From positions 3,174 through 67,173 of the forward strand of contig CAYUKK010000022.1 of assembly GCA_964445305.1 (NCBI GenBank): DNA of 64,000 nucleotides, in the 5' to 3' direction. How positions within the stretch are numbered: position 1 is the first letter of the stretch; every line of letters begins with the position of its first letter. Source of the DNA: an uncultured Eubacteriales bacterium. Its GTDB lineage: Bacteria > Acidobacteriota > Aminicenantia > Aminicenantales > UBA8522. The position numbers and the translations under genes are program-made. Shown here piece by piece: positions 33,784 to 47,273 of the stretch. The notes under the pieces were generated by a model. It was given only the letters and a program-made list of their open reading frames with translations, was not told where the DNA came from and searched no databases.

Positions 33784-35857
33784 CCCTCACCTTAAATCCG
33801 TTCTTAGCCATTTCGCCGAGAATTATTTACTGAAAAGAAAAGCAGCCCTGACGGACCTGGATTTTGAAGCGGCTCGGGAGGAAGTGGCCAACGTAAAGGA
33901 TCGAACTCTCCAGGAGCTTGACCGATGGCTGGAGGTTTTTGAGGCGAAGGTTGGCGAGCGGGGCGGCAAGGTCTATCGCGCTCGCGGCATTGCCGAGGCA
34001 AACCGATTCGTCCTCCACATCATGAAAGAGAGCGGGGCGGATTATCTCGTCAAGAGCAAATCCATGGTCAGCGAGGAGACAGGGCTGAATGCGTTTCTCG
34101 AGAGCCAGGGGATCACGGTCAGGGAAACGGACTTGGGCGAGTGGATCATCCAGCTTCGGCGGGAGAAGCCTACCCACATGGTCATGCCGGCCATCCATCT
34201 TACCCGCGAGGAAGTGGCTGATGCTTTCTCCTGTTATTTAAAGAAAAACATTCCTCCCGACATTCCTACCCTCGTCGAGGTGGCTCGCCAGGAACTCCGC
34301 CGGGACATCTGCCGGGCGGGAGTCGGACTCCTGGGCGCTAACGCCCTCATCGCGGAAAGCGGCTGTGTTATGCTCGTGACGAACGAAGGAAACGGCCGCC
34401 TTGTCTCCCTCATCCCACCAGTAAGCATTGTCCTGGCCAGCGTGGAGAAAGTCTTGCCCACGATCCAGGACGCCCTCACGATTCTCAAGATCCTCCCCGT
34501 CAACGCCACCGGCCAGACTATCACGAGCTATGTCTCTTTTCTCACCCCTTCTTCTTCGAGGCCACTCCACATCATCCTTCTGGATAATCATCGGTCAGAG
34601 ATCCTGGCCGACCCCGTTTTCCGGACCATCCTCCGCTGCCTCAAGTGCTCAGCTTGCTTGAACGTTTGTCCGGTCTATCAGGCCCTCGGGGGCAAGGATT
34701 ACGGAGCTATCTATATGGGCGGCATCGGCACGCTTCTTACCGCCTGGATGGATGGCCTCCGCAAGTCCCGTCGCCTCGCCGACTTGTGCCTGGGCTGCCA
34801 TCGCTGCGAAGTTTTCTGCGCGGCGAAAATTCCTATCGCCGACCTGATCATCGCCCTTCGAGAGCGTGTCAACCAGGGCTTGGGCAAGCCTTTCTGGAAA
34901 CGGATCCTTTTTGATAGCGGCATGGCCAAGGCTCATCGCTGGAGAAAAATTCTGGCCACCCTGAGCGCCGCGCGTCCCCTTGTGGCTCGAAAAGAAGGAT
35001 TTGCGCGCCGTCTGCCCCTGGCCCTCCGGAAGTACGATCAACATCGAGCGCTCCCCGCGCCGGCCCGGCCTCCGTTGTCGCGGCTTGTTAAAAGAAAGGA
35101 GACTCGCCCGACCATCGACACTCCCAAAGCTCGGGTCGTCCTCTTCACTGGCTGCCTGGTTGAGTATTTCTATCCAGAAATTGGAGAGGCCGCGCTTCGC
35201 GTTCTGGCCAGGCTTGGCCAGGAGGCTCGGCCGAGTGAGCCGGCATGCTGCGGCTTTCCGGCCTTCAACAGCGGTTGCCGCGATGCGGCGGCCAGAGCCA
35301 TGCGCTCAGCTCTGGTCGACCTTGAAGAAGCGGAGCGGATTCTGACTCTCTGTCCCACCTGCACGGCGATGCTCAAACATCATGGTCCCAAAATCCTGTC
35401 CGCCGAGATAGCGCAACGCGTGGCCGAGCGCGTTTCACCCATCAGCGCTTATCTTTTTGAGCTTTATGGGGACAGAATCCAAACCCTCTTCCCTCGGCGA
35501 AAGCCATCGATCAAAGTCACCTACCACGATTCCTGCCATCACAAGCATGTGCTCGGAGCTTCGAGGGGCTCGAGGTTGGCCCTGGAGCTAGCCCTGGGCC
35601 ATAAGGTTCAGGAAATGGACAGCCCGGACGCCTGCTGCGGTTTTGGGGGAATTTTTTCGGTCGTCCAGCCCGAGGTTTCCGCCTCCCTTCTCGAGGACAA
35701 GCTCAATGCTCTGGAGCGGAGTGGGGCAGAAATGGTGGCCATGGATTGTCCGGGATGTTTGCTTCAGATTCGTGGCGGCTTGCGGAGAAGAAAGTCGAGT
35801 CGGCGAGCCCACCACACGATCGAGATCATCGACGCCCGCCTGGCCGGAAAACTTTGA
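33770..35857 (+). CDS. lutB: fused LutB-LutA type iron-sulfur oxidoreductase (LUD domain + 2x[4Fe-4S] + CCG domains)
   Basis: LUD domain (GANALIAESGCVMLVTNEGNGRL). CLKCSACLNVCP and CLGCHRCEVFC ferredoxin motifs. C-terminal CCG repeats (TGCLVEYF..ACCGFPAFNSGC; DSCHHKH..ACCGFGG). Confidence 0.8.
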   Translation: MKTLDPHLKSVLSHFAENYLLKRKAALTDLDFEAAREEVANVKDRTLQELDRWLEVFEAKVGERGGKVYRARGIAEANRFVLHIMKESGADYLVKSKSMVSEETGLNAFLESQGITVRETDLGEWIIQLRREKPTHMVMPAIHLTREEVADAFSCYLKKNIPPDIPTLVEVARQELRRDICRAGVGLLGANALIAESGCVMLVTNEGNGRLVSLIPPVSIVLASVEKVLPTIQDALTILKILPVNATGQTITSYVSFLTPSSSRPLHIILLDNHRSEILADPVFRTILRCLKCSACLNVCPVYQALGGKDYGAIYMGGIGTLLTAWMDGLRKSRRLADLCLGCHRCEVFCAAKIPIADLIIALRERVNQGLGKPFWKRILFDSGMAKAHRWRKILATLSAARPLVARKEGFARRLPLALRKYDQHRALPAPARPPLSRLVKRKETRPTIDTPKARVVLFTGCLVEYFYPEIGEAALRVLARLGQEARPSEPACCGFPAFNSGCRDAAARAMRSALVDLEEAERILTLCPTCTAMLKHHGPKILSAEIAQRVAERVSPISAYLFELYGDRIQTLFPRRKPSIKVTYHDSCHHKHVLGASRGSRLALELALGHKVQEMDSPDACCGFGGIFSVVQPEVSASLLEDKLNALERSGAEMVAMDCPGCLLQIRGGLRRRKSSRRAHHTIEIIDARLAGKL

Positions 35858-35919
35858 ATTTCATCTCTGGTTGTGGCTGGGCGAAAGCCAAGGGAAAATG
35901 AATCGAAGCATATCCTTGC

Positions 35920-36432
35920 CTAGATATATTTTTTTATATGAGAGGCGAGGAAACGGGCGACTTCCTCCACCGCAAATGGCCAGGCATAAATGATTTTTTT
36001 CCCGGGACAGAGGGCTCGGCCGCGTTCGATGGCGGCGGCAATTTCTACTTCTGAGTGCTCGCCGCCCCGTGTCATCATCGGAGTGACGACGACGATCGTC
36101 TCGGCTTCCAAGCTCGCCGCCAGGCCAATGGCCTCGTCAATCGAGGGGGCGCAGAATTCATTGAAGCCGAGGATGACCTCCAGGCCTGTTTCCTGGCGAA
36201 GCTGCTGGGCGAGCTCGCCGGAGCCAGCATAGAAAGGGTCGTTCTCGGCGTTTCGGGGCCAGGTTCTCATTTTCTTTTCCAGCTCGAGGTAGCGAAGACG
36301 AAGCGATTCGTCGGTATCCGCGTGGCCGTGAGCCACCCGGCCATGAAGAGCCATGAATTCCTGGAGTTCGGAGCGGGGGAAATCGAGCGGCGGAGCGCCG
36401 TGCATGGCCAGGACAAGGACAGCTCGCTTCAT
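35920..36432 (-). CDS. CbiX/SirB-like small chelatase-fold protein
   Basis: VLVLAMHGAPPLDFP and ..TPMMTRGGEHSEVEI resemble the CbiX metal-binding His motifs. 170 aa. Moderate support. Confidence 0.45.
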   Translation of the reverse strand: MKRAVLVLAMHGAPPLDFPRSELQEFMALHGRVAHGHADTDESLRLRYLELEKKMRTWPRNAENDPFYAGSGELAQQLRQETGLEVILGFNEFCAPSIDEAIGLAASLEAETIVVVTPMMTRGGEHSEVEIAAAIERGRALCPGKKIIYAWPFAVEEVARFLASHIKKYI

Positions 36433-36444
36433 CGTCTTTCCTCC

Positions 36445-37491
36445 TCAGCGATGGGGCTCGATGATGACCTTGAGGGATTCACCGGCTTTTTCCATCAGCT
36501 CAAAACCGAGGCCGATGGCCTCAAGAGGAAGCCGGTGGGTGATCATGTCCACGACTTCGACCCGCTTATTTCTTAGTATTTCGACCGTTTCAGTAAGGTC
36601 AGCGCCGTCGGCCGCGTAAGAAGTGAGAAGGGTGATGTCGTTCCGCCAGAACTCGTTGATGGGGAGGACGAGCCTGTCGTCAGGGTGGGGGACAGCAAAG
36701 AAAAGGATGGCCCCGCCCCGATCCACGCACTGAAGGGCCTGCTCGGCGGCCGAGAGCGCGCCGGCGCAGATGATGACCCGGTCGGCCAGCCGGCCATCGT
36801 TGACGGCTTTCAGGCGATCGGGGGTGAGTTCGCTGGCTTGGAAAGCAAAATCCGCCCCGAATTTCCCGGCCATAGCCAAGCGATAGGGCGAAATGTCGGT
36901 GGCGATGATTCTTCCCGCCCCCATGGCTGCGGCCAGCTTGATGTGGAGAATCCCTGACACGCCGCTCCCGAGGACGAGAATTGTCTGGCCGGGCTTGACC
37001 CGGGCCACCTTCTGGCCGCGCCAGGCGCAGGCCAGCGGCTCGACGAAAGTTCCGGCCTCGAAGGAGAGCTCATCGGGGAGGAGGAAAGTCCCGCGGTCGA
37101 CGTTGATCCAGGGGACGCGGATGTACTCGGCGAAACCGCCCGGGTCGAAATTCGTCCGGTGGAGCGTGGAGCAGGCCGTGGTGTGGCCACTCAAGCAGTA
37201 GTGGCAGGTGAGGCAGGGAACGTGGTGGGTGACCGTGACCCGTTCGCCCACCTTAAACTTTTCAACCTTGCGGCCAGCCTCGACGACGACGCCAGCGATC
37301 TCGTGGCCGAGGACGCGAGGGGCCTGCTTGACCCGGTACCATTCAAGGACGTCGCTACCGCAAATGCTCGAGGCCATGACTTGGACGAGAAGCTCGTCCT
37401 CGCCAATGGACGGCACCGGCCGCTCTTCGAGGCGGATGTCCCGGTTATGGTAATAAACCGCCACGCGCATCGTCCCTTTTTCGGGGCTCAA
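36445..37491 (-). CDS. Zn-dependent medium-chain alcohol/polyol dehydrogenase (threonine/sorbitol-DH-like)
   Basis: Catalytic Zn ligands (SICGSD...GHEIAG). Structural Zn CLTCHYCLSGHTTAC. Rossmann GSGVSGIL. 348 aa. Confidence 0.85.
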   Translation of the reverse strand: MSPEKGTMRVAVYYHNRDIRLEERPVPSIGEDELLVQVMASSICGSDVLEWYRVKQAPRVLGHEIAGVVVEAGRKVEKFKVGERVTVTHHVPCLTCHYCLSGHTTACSTLHRTNFDPGGFAEYIRVPWINVDRGTFLLPDELSFEAGTFVEPLACAWRGQKVARVKPGQTILVLGSGVSGILHIKLAAAMGAGRIIATDISPYRLAMAGKFGADFAFQASELTPDRLKAVNDGRLADRVIICAGALSAAEQALQCVDRGGAILFFAVPHPDDRLVLPINEFWRNDITLLTSYAADGADLTETVEILRNKRVEVVDMITHRLPLEAIGLGFELMEKAGESLKVIIEPHR

Positions 37492-37503
37492 GGCTTTATC
37501 CTC

Positions 37504-38301
37504 TTATTTCGCTTTTTCTTCAAGGAAAAGCGCGTAGGCTTCTTCGGGCGATTTGTTTTCGTGGACAACGCTCCGGACAGCTTTGATCATGGCCACTGGT
37601 GCTTCGGACTGAAAAATGTTCCGACCCATATCCACGCCGACAGCGCCGCAGCGCAGAGCCTTCGAAGCCAGCTCCAGCGCCTCCTTCTCCGGAGTTTTTT
37701 TACCACCAGCGATGACGACGGGCACGGGGCAAGTCTCGACCACGGTCTCGAAATCGTCGCAATAATAAGTCTTGACGAAGTGGGCGCCGAGCTCAGCGGC
37801 AATTCGGCACGCCAGGCTGAGATAGCGCGCATCGCGGACCATGTCCTTGCCCACGGCAGTCACGGCCAGCACGCCCAGCCCGTACCTTTGCGCTTCATTG
37901 ACGAGGCTGGCAAGGGAGAGGAGGGTTTCCTTTTCGTGGGGAGAGCCGATAAAAATGGAGAGAGCCACCGCCGCCGCGTTCAAGCGGAGCGCTTCCTCGA
38001 TCGAGGTGATGATTCCTTCGTTGGAGAGCTCGCTCAAGATGCTCGTCCCACCTGAGACGCGAAGGACAATGGGCACATCAACTTCGGGCGGCACCGAGGT
38101 TCGCAAAACACCCCGGGTGAGCATGAGGGAGTCGGCGTAAGGAAGGAGAGGCTCGATCGTCCGGCGCGGCACCTCCAGACCGCTCGTGGGCCCGAGGAAG
38201 TAGCCGTGGTCGACAGCCAGCATGACCGTCCTTCCGGTTTCCGGCTTGATGATCCGAGAAAGTCGGTTGCGAAGCCCCCAATCCATGGTTGCCTCCATCA
38301 T
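37504..38301 (-). CDS. DhnA-type class I aldolase (FbaB / ADH-synthase family)
   Basis: Archaeal-type class I aldolase pattern (..VMLAVDHGYFLGPTSGLE.., Schiff-base Lys region HFVKTYY). 265 aa. Immediately upstream of the Zn-ADH gene. Confidence 0.65.
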   Translation of the reverse strand: MMEATMDWGLRNRLSRIIKPETGRTVMLAVDHGYFLGPTSGLEVPRRTIEPLLPYADSLMLTRGVLRTSVPPEVDVPIVLRVSGGTSILSELSNEGIITSIEEALRLNAAAVALSIFIGSPHEKETLLSLASLVNEAQRYGLGVLAVTAVGKDMVRDARYLSLACRIAAELGAHFVKTYYCDDFETVVETCPVPVVIAGGKKTPEKEALELASKALRCGAVGVDMGRNIFQSEAPVAMIKAVRSVVHENKSPEEAYALFLEEKAK

Positions 38302-38370
38302 AAGAAGTGGTATCCTGCTTTTTTAGTCTGCTTATAACACAGCCGCCTGCCAATGGCAAATATGGAGCGA

Positions 38371-39255
38371 TCAGTCCATCTTGGCTCTGGCGATGTATTC
38401 CTCGAGGCGGTTTTTTTCGGCTGGCGAAAGGCGAGCGTAGGAACGGCTCGCTTTGTATTTCAAAAAAAAGGCGAGTGATTTCTCTTTGTTCCCGGTGCTC
38501 AGATGAGCCAGGCCGAGAAAGAGAAGGGCTTCGTCAAGGTGGCGAAGAAAATTTCCGATAACTCCCTCGGTATAAGCGACCTCTCCATCATAAAGGCGGG
38601 TTGCAAACTGCGTTCGGTATGGCTCCGGGGGCGTGTAAGGGTCATGAGGGTCAAAGCAGTGAACCCAGAGGAACCAGGGTGAGGGCTGATGGGAAAGCCA
38701 ATCCCTGGCTCTCGTGGCCACTTTTTCAGCCCGCCTTTCCCGGCCTTTTTCGATATCCGCCTCTGGCTGGTTGAAATTGTCATCATAAACATCGAAACCC
38801 TGGTCGAGCCCAAAGCGAGATTCCAGGAGAAAACCGCCCACGAAGGCCCCCGCCCGGTACCCCTGGCTGCGGAGGAGCTCAGCCAGGCTGACGAATTCCG
38901 GCTGGACGACGAAATTGGCATTGTCGTGGACCCCATGATAAAAAGGCGTCGTGCCAAGAAGGATGCTGGTGTGGGAGGGCAGAGTTGTTGGCGCGTGGGC
39001 AAAAGCCCGCGTGAAGACGACGCTCTTTTTGAGGAGCGCGTCGAAGTGAGGTGTTTGGAGGTGAGCCTGGCTGTAGAAACTGACCCTATCGGCCCGGAGG
39101 GTATTAATAGTGATGAGGAGCAGGTTGAGCTTGGATCCAGATTGGGGTGAATCACCCGCCGAGCCGGGAAGGAAGAAGGACAAAGCGAGCGGGCTGGAGG
39201 TGACCAGGAGAAATGGCAGAAGGCAAATTACCCAAGAGCGTTTGATGCCAGTCAC
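38371..39255 (-). CDS. sulfatase/alkaline-phosphatase superfamily protein, unusually short with TPR-like tail
   Basis: Signal peptide. LLLITINTLRADRV, FTRAFAHAPTTLPSHTSILLG, DPHDPYTPPEPY and YDGEVAYTEGVIG are sulfatase-family N-domain motifs. Only 294 aa; the C-terminal ~55 aa are non-sulfatase. Confidence 0.55.
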   Translation of the reverse strand: MTGIKRSWVICLLPFLLVTSSPLALSFFLPGSAGDSPQSGSKLNLLLITINTLRADRVSFYSQAHLQTPHFDALLKKSVVFTRAFAHAPTTLPSHTSILLGTTPFYHGVHDNANFVVQPEFVSLAELLRSQGYRAGAFVGGFLLESRFGLDQGFDVYDDNFNQPEADIEKGRERRAEKVATRARDWLSHQPSPWFLWVHCFDPHDPYTPPEPYRTQFATRLYDGEVAYTEGVIGNFLRHLDEALLFLGLAHLSTGNKEKSLAFFLKYKASRSYARLSPAEKNRLEEYIARAKMD

Positions 39256-39371
39256 CTGCTACCTTGCTAGTTAATCAAATAGTCAGCGAGCAGGCGCCGG
39301 GGACGAACCGCGACATGACCCGTCGGGTATTTTTATCGGCCATCTCGGGAACATTCTTCCCGGCCTGCTTT

Positions 39372-40436
39372 TTAACGCTTGACCCGCTCGAGCCCCATGG
39401 CCGCTTTGGCCTCGGCGATGACGCTGGCCGCGACCCGGCGGGCCTTTTGGGCGCCGCGTGTGAGCGCAGCCTGGACCTCTTCGGGATGGTCTTTCAGTTT
39501 GGCTGCTCTTTTCCGAATGGGAGCGAGCACTTTGTCCATGTTTTCGAGAAGCCTTTTCTTGCAGTCAAGGCAACCAATCCCGGCCGTCGTGCAGCCCTTC
39601 TTGACCCACTCGAGGTCTTCCGGTGGCGAGAAATAGCGGTGGTAGCTCATGTAGATGTTGCAATCTTCCGGCACACCGGCGTCTTCCTTTCGCTTGCGGC
39701 GCTCGTCTGTCTTCGCCGGAGCCAGTTTCTTCCAGATGGTTTCTGGCGTCTCGAGGATGCCGATGGTGTTACCCAGGCTCTTGGACATTTTGTTTTCGCC
39801 GTCGAGACCGAGGATGCGCTTGGCTTCGGAAACATAAGCCTGGCACTCGGGGAAGACTTCACCATAGCGGGCGTTAAAGCTGCGAGCGATCTCCCGGGCG
39901 AGCTCGATGTGCTGGACCTGGTCCTCACCGACGGGAACGGCGCTCGCTTTGTAGAGGAGGATGTCGGCAGCCTGGAGAACGGGGTAGATGAAGAGCCCGA
40001 CGTTGACGTTTTCCTCTTGCTGGCGGGCCTTTTGCTTGAACTGGGTCATCCGGGCGAGGTCGCCGAACATCGTCACAGTCCCGAACATCCAGGCCAGCTC
40101 GGTGTGCTCCGGGACTTCGCTCTGAACGAAGAGGGTGCATTTGTCCGGGTCAAGGCCAGCGGCCATGTTGGCCAAGGCGGCGTCGAAAACACGGGCCGGC
40201 ATCTCCGCTGGATCGTAGGCAACTGTGGTGGCGTGGTGGTCGACAATGCAGAAGAAACATTCGTAATCGTCGAGAAACTTCACCCAGTTGGCGATGGCCC
40301 CGAGGTAGTTTCCGATGTGGATTTCGCCCGTCGGCTGGATGCCAGAAAAAACACGGATTTTTCCTTCTTCATTCCAGTAAGTCAAGTAGCCCTTCTCGTC
40401 CCGTTTCATCATCGCCAACTCCGAACCGCCGCTCAA
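39372..40436 (-). CDS. trpS: tryptophan--tRNA ligase
   Basis: HIGH motif (TGEIHIGNY). KMSKS motif (ENKMSKSLGN). 354 aa. Confidence 0.9.
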   Translation of the reverse strand: MSGGSELAMMKRDEKGYLTYWNEEGKIRVFSGIQPTGEIHIGNYLGAIANWVKFLDDYECFFCIVDHHATTVAYDPAEMPARVFDAALANMAAGLDPDKCTLFVQSEVPEHTELAWMFGTVTMFGDLARMTQFKQKARQQEENVNVGLFIYPVLQAADILLYKASAVPVGEDQVQHIELAREIARSFNARYGEVFPECQAYVSEAKRILGLDGENKMSKSLGNTIGILETPETIWKKLAPAKTDERRKRKEDAGVPEDCNIYMSYHRYFSPPEDLEWVKKGCTTAGIGCLDCKKRLLENMDKVLAPIRKRAAKLKDHPEEVQAALTRGAQKARRVAASVIAEAKAAMGLERVKR

Positions 40437-40532
40437 CGTTCAGTTAGTCTGGTCTGAAGCGACCGGATGACGCCCCTATTATAGTGGTTTCAGGGAGAGA
40501 GTGGCAACAGCCAAAGTTGGAGGTGCCGATTG

Positions 40533-40964
40533 TCAAGCGTCTTCAATGACATGGTGGGCCCACTCGATGATGGGGTGGAGCCTGGGCGGCGCTAATTTCA
40601 GAATTTCCGGGTAGGTTAACCAGCGGTATTCATGGTGCTCGGGTACGCCGAGTTCCGGGTTGATGGAGAAGACGATTTTTTCTTGCCGGGTGGCGGCGAT
40701 GTAATAGCGGGCAATTTTTCGACCGCCGCCATAGGGCTCGGTTTCTCGAAAAGCATTTCCCCAGGCGAAATCGAGGTCTCTGATGCCGGCTTCCTCTCGG
40801 GCTTCCCGCCGGGCGGCGGCCAGCGGGTCTTCACCGGGCTCGACAAGTCCCTTGGGGAAATCCCAGTTCTTGTAAGAGCGAAGAAAGAGATATCGCCACT
40901 TGGAGCCGTCCCGGCGGACAATGACGATTCCAGCTGAGAGGACTGTTTCTTTATTTTTATTCAT
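40533..40964 (-). CDS. NUDIX hydrolase
   Basis: Nudix box GLVEPGEDPLAAARREAREEAGI. 143 aa. Confidence 0.8.
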   Translation of the reverse strand: MNKNKETVLSAGIVIVRRDGSKWRYLFLRSYKNWDFPKGLVEPGEDPLAAARREAREEAGIRDLDFAWGNAFRETEPYGGGRKIARYYIAATRQEKIVFSINPELGVPEHHEYRWLTYPEILKLAPPRLHPIIEWAHHVIEDA

Positions 40965-41046
40965 AGCTCCTCTCCCTTATAGCCTTGACTGAAGAAATCT
41001 GTCAATCCCTTGGCTTCCCGTGTATAATAAAAGAGAAAAAAATTCC

Positions 41047-41706
41047 ATGACAAAGTTTCGCTTTCCCCATTCCCTCTTTGCCCAAATTTCGAGGGAAGCC
41101 AGGCGCTATTTCCGCAACGCCCGCGGAAGCCATGGCTGGGACCACACAATGAGGGTGGACAAGCTCTGCCAGCGCATCGGCCGGAAAGAGAAGGCTGACT
41201 TGGCTGTCTTGAGGCTGGCCGCTCTTCTTCATGATATCGGACGAGAAGAGGAAGATCGGACAAACGGAGAAATCTGTCACGGCGAAAGGGGGGCGGCCCT
41301 GGCCCGGGACATCCTCGTTCGATACGCCGTCCCGGCGGAGTTGACGGAGCGGGTCATCCACTGCATCGAAAGCCACCGCTTCCGCAGGAACAAGGCTCCT
41401 CTTACCCTGGAGGCGAAAATTCTTTTCGATGCCGATAAGCTCGATTCCATCGGCGCTGTTGGCATCGGTCGGGCCTTCCTTTTTGCCGGGGAGGTGGGAG
41501 CCAGGCTCCACAACCCTGAGAGGGACCTTAAGAAGACAAAGCCATACACGAAGGAGGATACGGCCTACCGGGAATTCGAGATAAAGCTCCGCCACATCCA
41601 AAGCCGCCTCCACACGCGAGAAGGAAAAAGGATTGCCCGTGACCGCCACAAGTTCATGGTCGTGTTTTTTGACCGGCTGGATAAAGAGATCAAGGGCCTT
41701 CGATGA
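41047..41706 (+). CDS. HD-domain phosphohydrolase
   Basis: H...HD motif (HTMRVDKLC...AALLHDIGR). The ORF opens at GTG 41020 but ATG 41047 (MTKFRF..) lies downstream of a perfect TATAAT at 41023-41028. Confidence 0.7.
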   Translation: MTKFRFPHSLFAQISREARRYFRNARGSHGWDHTMRVDKLCQRIGRKEKADLAVLRLAALLHDIGREEEDRTNGEICHGERGAALARDILVRYAVPAELTERVIHCIESHRFRRNKAPLTLEAKILFDADKLDSIGAVGIGRAFLFAGEVGARLHNPERDLKKTKPYTKEDTAYREFEIKLRHIQSRLHTREGKRIARDRHKFMVVFFDRLDKEIKGLR

Positions 41707-41869
41707 TCGTCGGCTGGCTGAGCGCTCTTTGGCCAGGCGGTCCTTTCCCTTTCGGTCCGCCTGTGCCTTATGGCGGCGAAATCTTTTCCACCCTGTCGAC
41801 GGCGGGGAACGGGCCTCGCTTGAGGTGACCAAGGAATGAAATACAAATAAAAAAGAGAAGGAGAAGAAA

Positions 41870-42997
41870 ATGTTGGGAAGGACGGTAACCCTGATAAAAC
41901 TTTTTGGCTTCGAGGTCAAAATCGATTTTTCCTGGCTCATCCTCGGTCTCCTTATTACCTGGACGCTGGCCAAGGGATTTTTCCCCACTTCTTACCAGGG
42001 GTTTGCCATGAGCACTTACTGGCTGATGGGAATTGCCGGCGCGCTGGGCTTGCTTATCTCGATCGTTTTCCATGAATTGTGGCATTCTCTTATCGCCAGG
42101 CGGTTCGGCCTGCCGATGAAGGGTATCACCCTCTTTGTTTTTGGCGGCGTGGCCGAGATGACCGATGAGCCGCCTCATCCACGGGCTGAATTTTTCATGG
42201 CCGTCGCCGGCCCCCTTTCCAGTATCTTCCTGGGCTTTGTTCTCCTCGCCCTTGGCATGCTGGGCGGAAGGAGCGGCTGGCCAAGGCCTGTTCTCGGAGT
42301 GGTCAATTACTTGGGTTTCCTCAACCTCATCCTGGCCGGGTTTAACCTTCTGCCTGCCTTTCCCCTCGACGGTGGCCGTGTCCTCCGGGCTGTGCTCTGG
42401 GGCTGGAAGGATAACATCCGCTGGGCGACCCGCATCGCCAGTCAGATTGGCTCCGCCTTCGGCGTCCTGCTCATTGTTGTTGGGGCTATCGAGTTCGTCA
42501 TCGGAAACATCATCGGCGGCGTTTGGATGTTCCTCATCGGGATGTTCTTGCGCGGCGCTTCCCAGACGGCTTATCGCCAATTGCTCATCCGGAGAGCCCT
42601 GGAAGGGGAGAGTGTGCGCAAGTTCATGAAAGAAAACCCCGTCACCGTGTCGCCCTCCATTTCCCTCCAGGAGCTCATCGAGGATTATATTTTCAAACAC
42701 CATTTCAAGATGTTCCCTGTTGTCAGGGATGATGAACTTATCGGCTGTGTGACGGTCCATCAAGTCAAGCAGGTGCCTAAGGAGGAATGGCCAACGCGGC
42801 GCGTGGCTGACCTCGCCAGCGGTTGCACGGCCGAAAACACTATCTCCCCCGATGAAGACGCGATGGAGGCGCTGGCCTTAATGAACCGCAAGAATGCGAG
42901 CCGGCTTATGGTCGTGGACAAAGGGAAGCTGGTTGGCGTCATTGCCCTTAAAGACATGATGAAGCTGCTTTCCCTCAAGCTTGACCTGGAGGGATGA
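41870..42997 (+). CDS. M50 (site-2 protease) family zinc metalloprotease with C-terminal CBS pair
   Basis: HELWHSLIARRFG (HExxH) in TM2. LDG motif (NLLPAFPLDGGRVL). Two CBS domains at the C-terminus. Confidence 0.8.
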   Translation: MLGRTVTLIKLFGFEVKIDFSWLILGLLITWTLAKGFFPTSYQGFAMSTYWLMGIAGALGLLISIVFHELWHSLIARRFGLPMKGITLFVFGGVAEMTDEPPHPRAEFFMAVAGPLSSIFLGFVLLALGMLGGRSGWPRPVLGVVNYLGFLNLILAGFNLLPAFPLDGGRVLRAVLWGWKDNIRWATRIASQIGSAFGVLLIVVGAIEFVIGNIIGGVWMFLIGMFLRGASQTAYRQLLIRRALEGESVRKFMKENPVTVSPSISLQELIEDYIFKHHFKMFPVVRDDELIGCVTVHQVKQVPKEEWPTRRVADLASGCTAENTISPDEDAMEALALMNRKNASRLMVVDKGKLVGVIALKDMMKLLSLKLDLEG

Positions 42998-43265
42998 GCC
43001 GGTCCCACCCAGGCTTGGGCCGGCGTTCTCCCTCAAGCTCTTTGCCTTTTGGCCTAAGTCCAAAGGGGCTGTCATGTTTATTATCAGCCAGAGACCCGCT
43101 GCTTTTTTCAGCCATTGAATCACCCTTTGGGCCAGTAAAGGAGGTCAGAAAAAGGCAGCCGGGAGCGCTCTTGTCTGCTGGCCGAAGTGATGTAAAATAT
43201 AAGCAGCGCCAACTCTTGAGTCGTTGCCAGAAAGGCACAAGGCAAGGACATCGATGAGGTGAGGG

Positions 43266-47095
<3,830 letters not shown>

Positions 47096-47161
47096 AAATG
47101 CCGTTTAGACACGAAAAATCTGGGTTAAAGTGTCACTGATGTCCTCACCCCATCCACTCGC

Positions 47162-47190
47162 TTGACAGGGAGGGGGAGGTGACGTATATT
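47162..47190 (+). promoter_or_regulatory. candidate sigma70 promoter for pfp
   Basis: TTGACA (47162-47167), 17 nt spacer, TATATT (47185-47190). ~77 nt leader with GGGGAGGTGG SD before ATG 47274. Confidence 0.45.
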
Positions 47191-47273
47191 CTTGAACCAG
47201 GGTTGAGGGGGAAATCAAGACGATGGGAGAAGCAGCCCAGCTTATGCAGGATATGGACTAGGGGAGGTGGAGA

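Noticed and set aside
39264-40457. 397-aa plus-strand ORF overlapping trpS
   Set aside because: The minus strand has the HIGH and KMSKS class I synthetase motifs.
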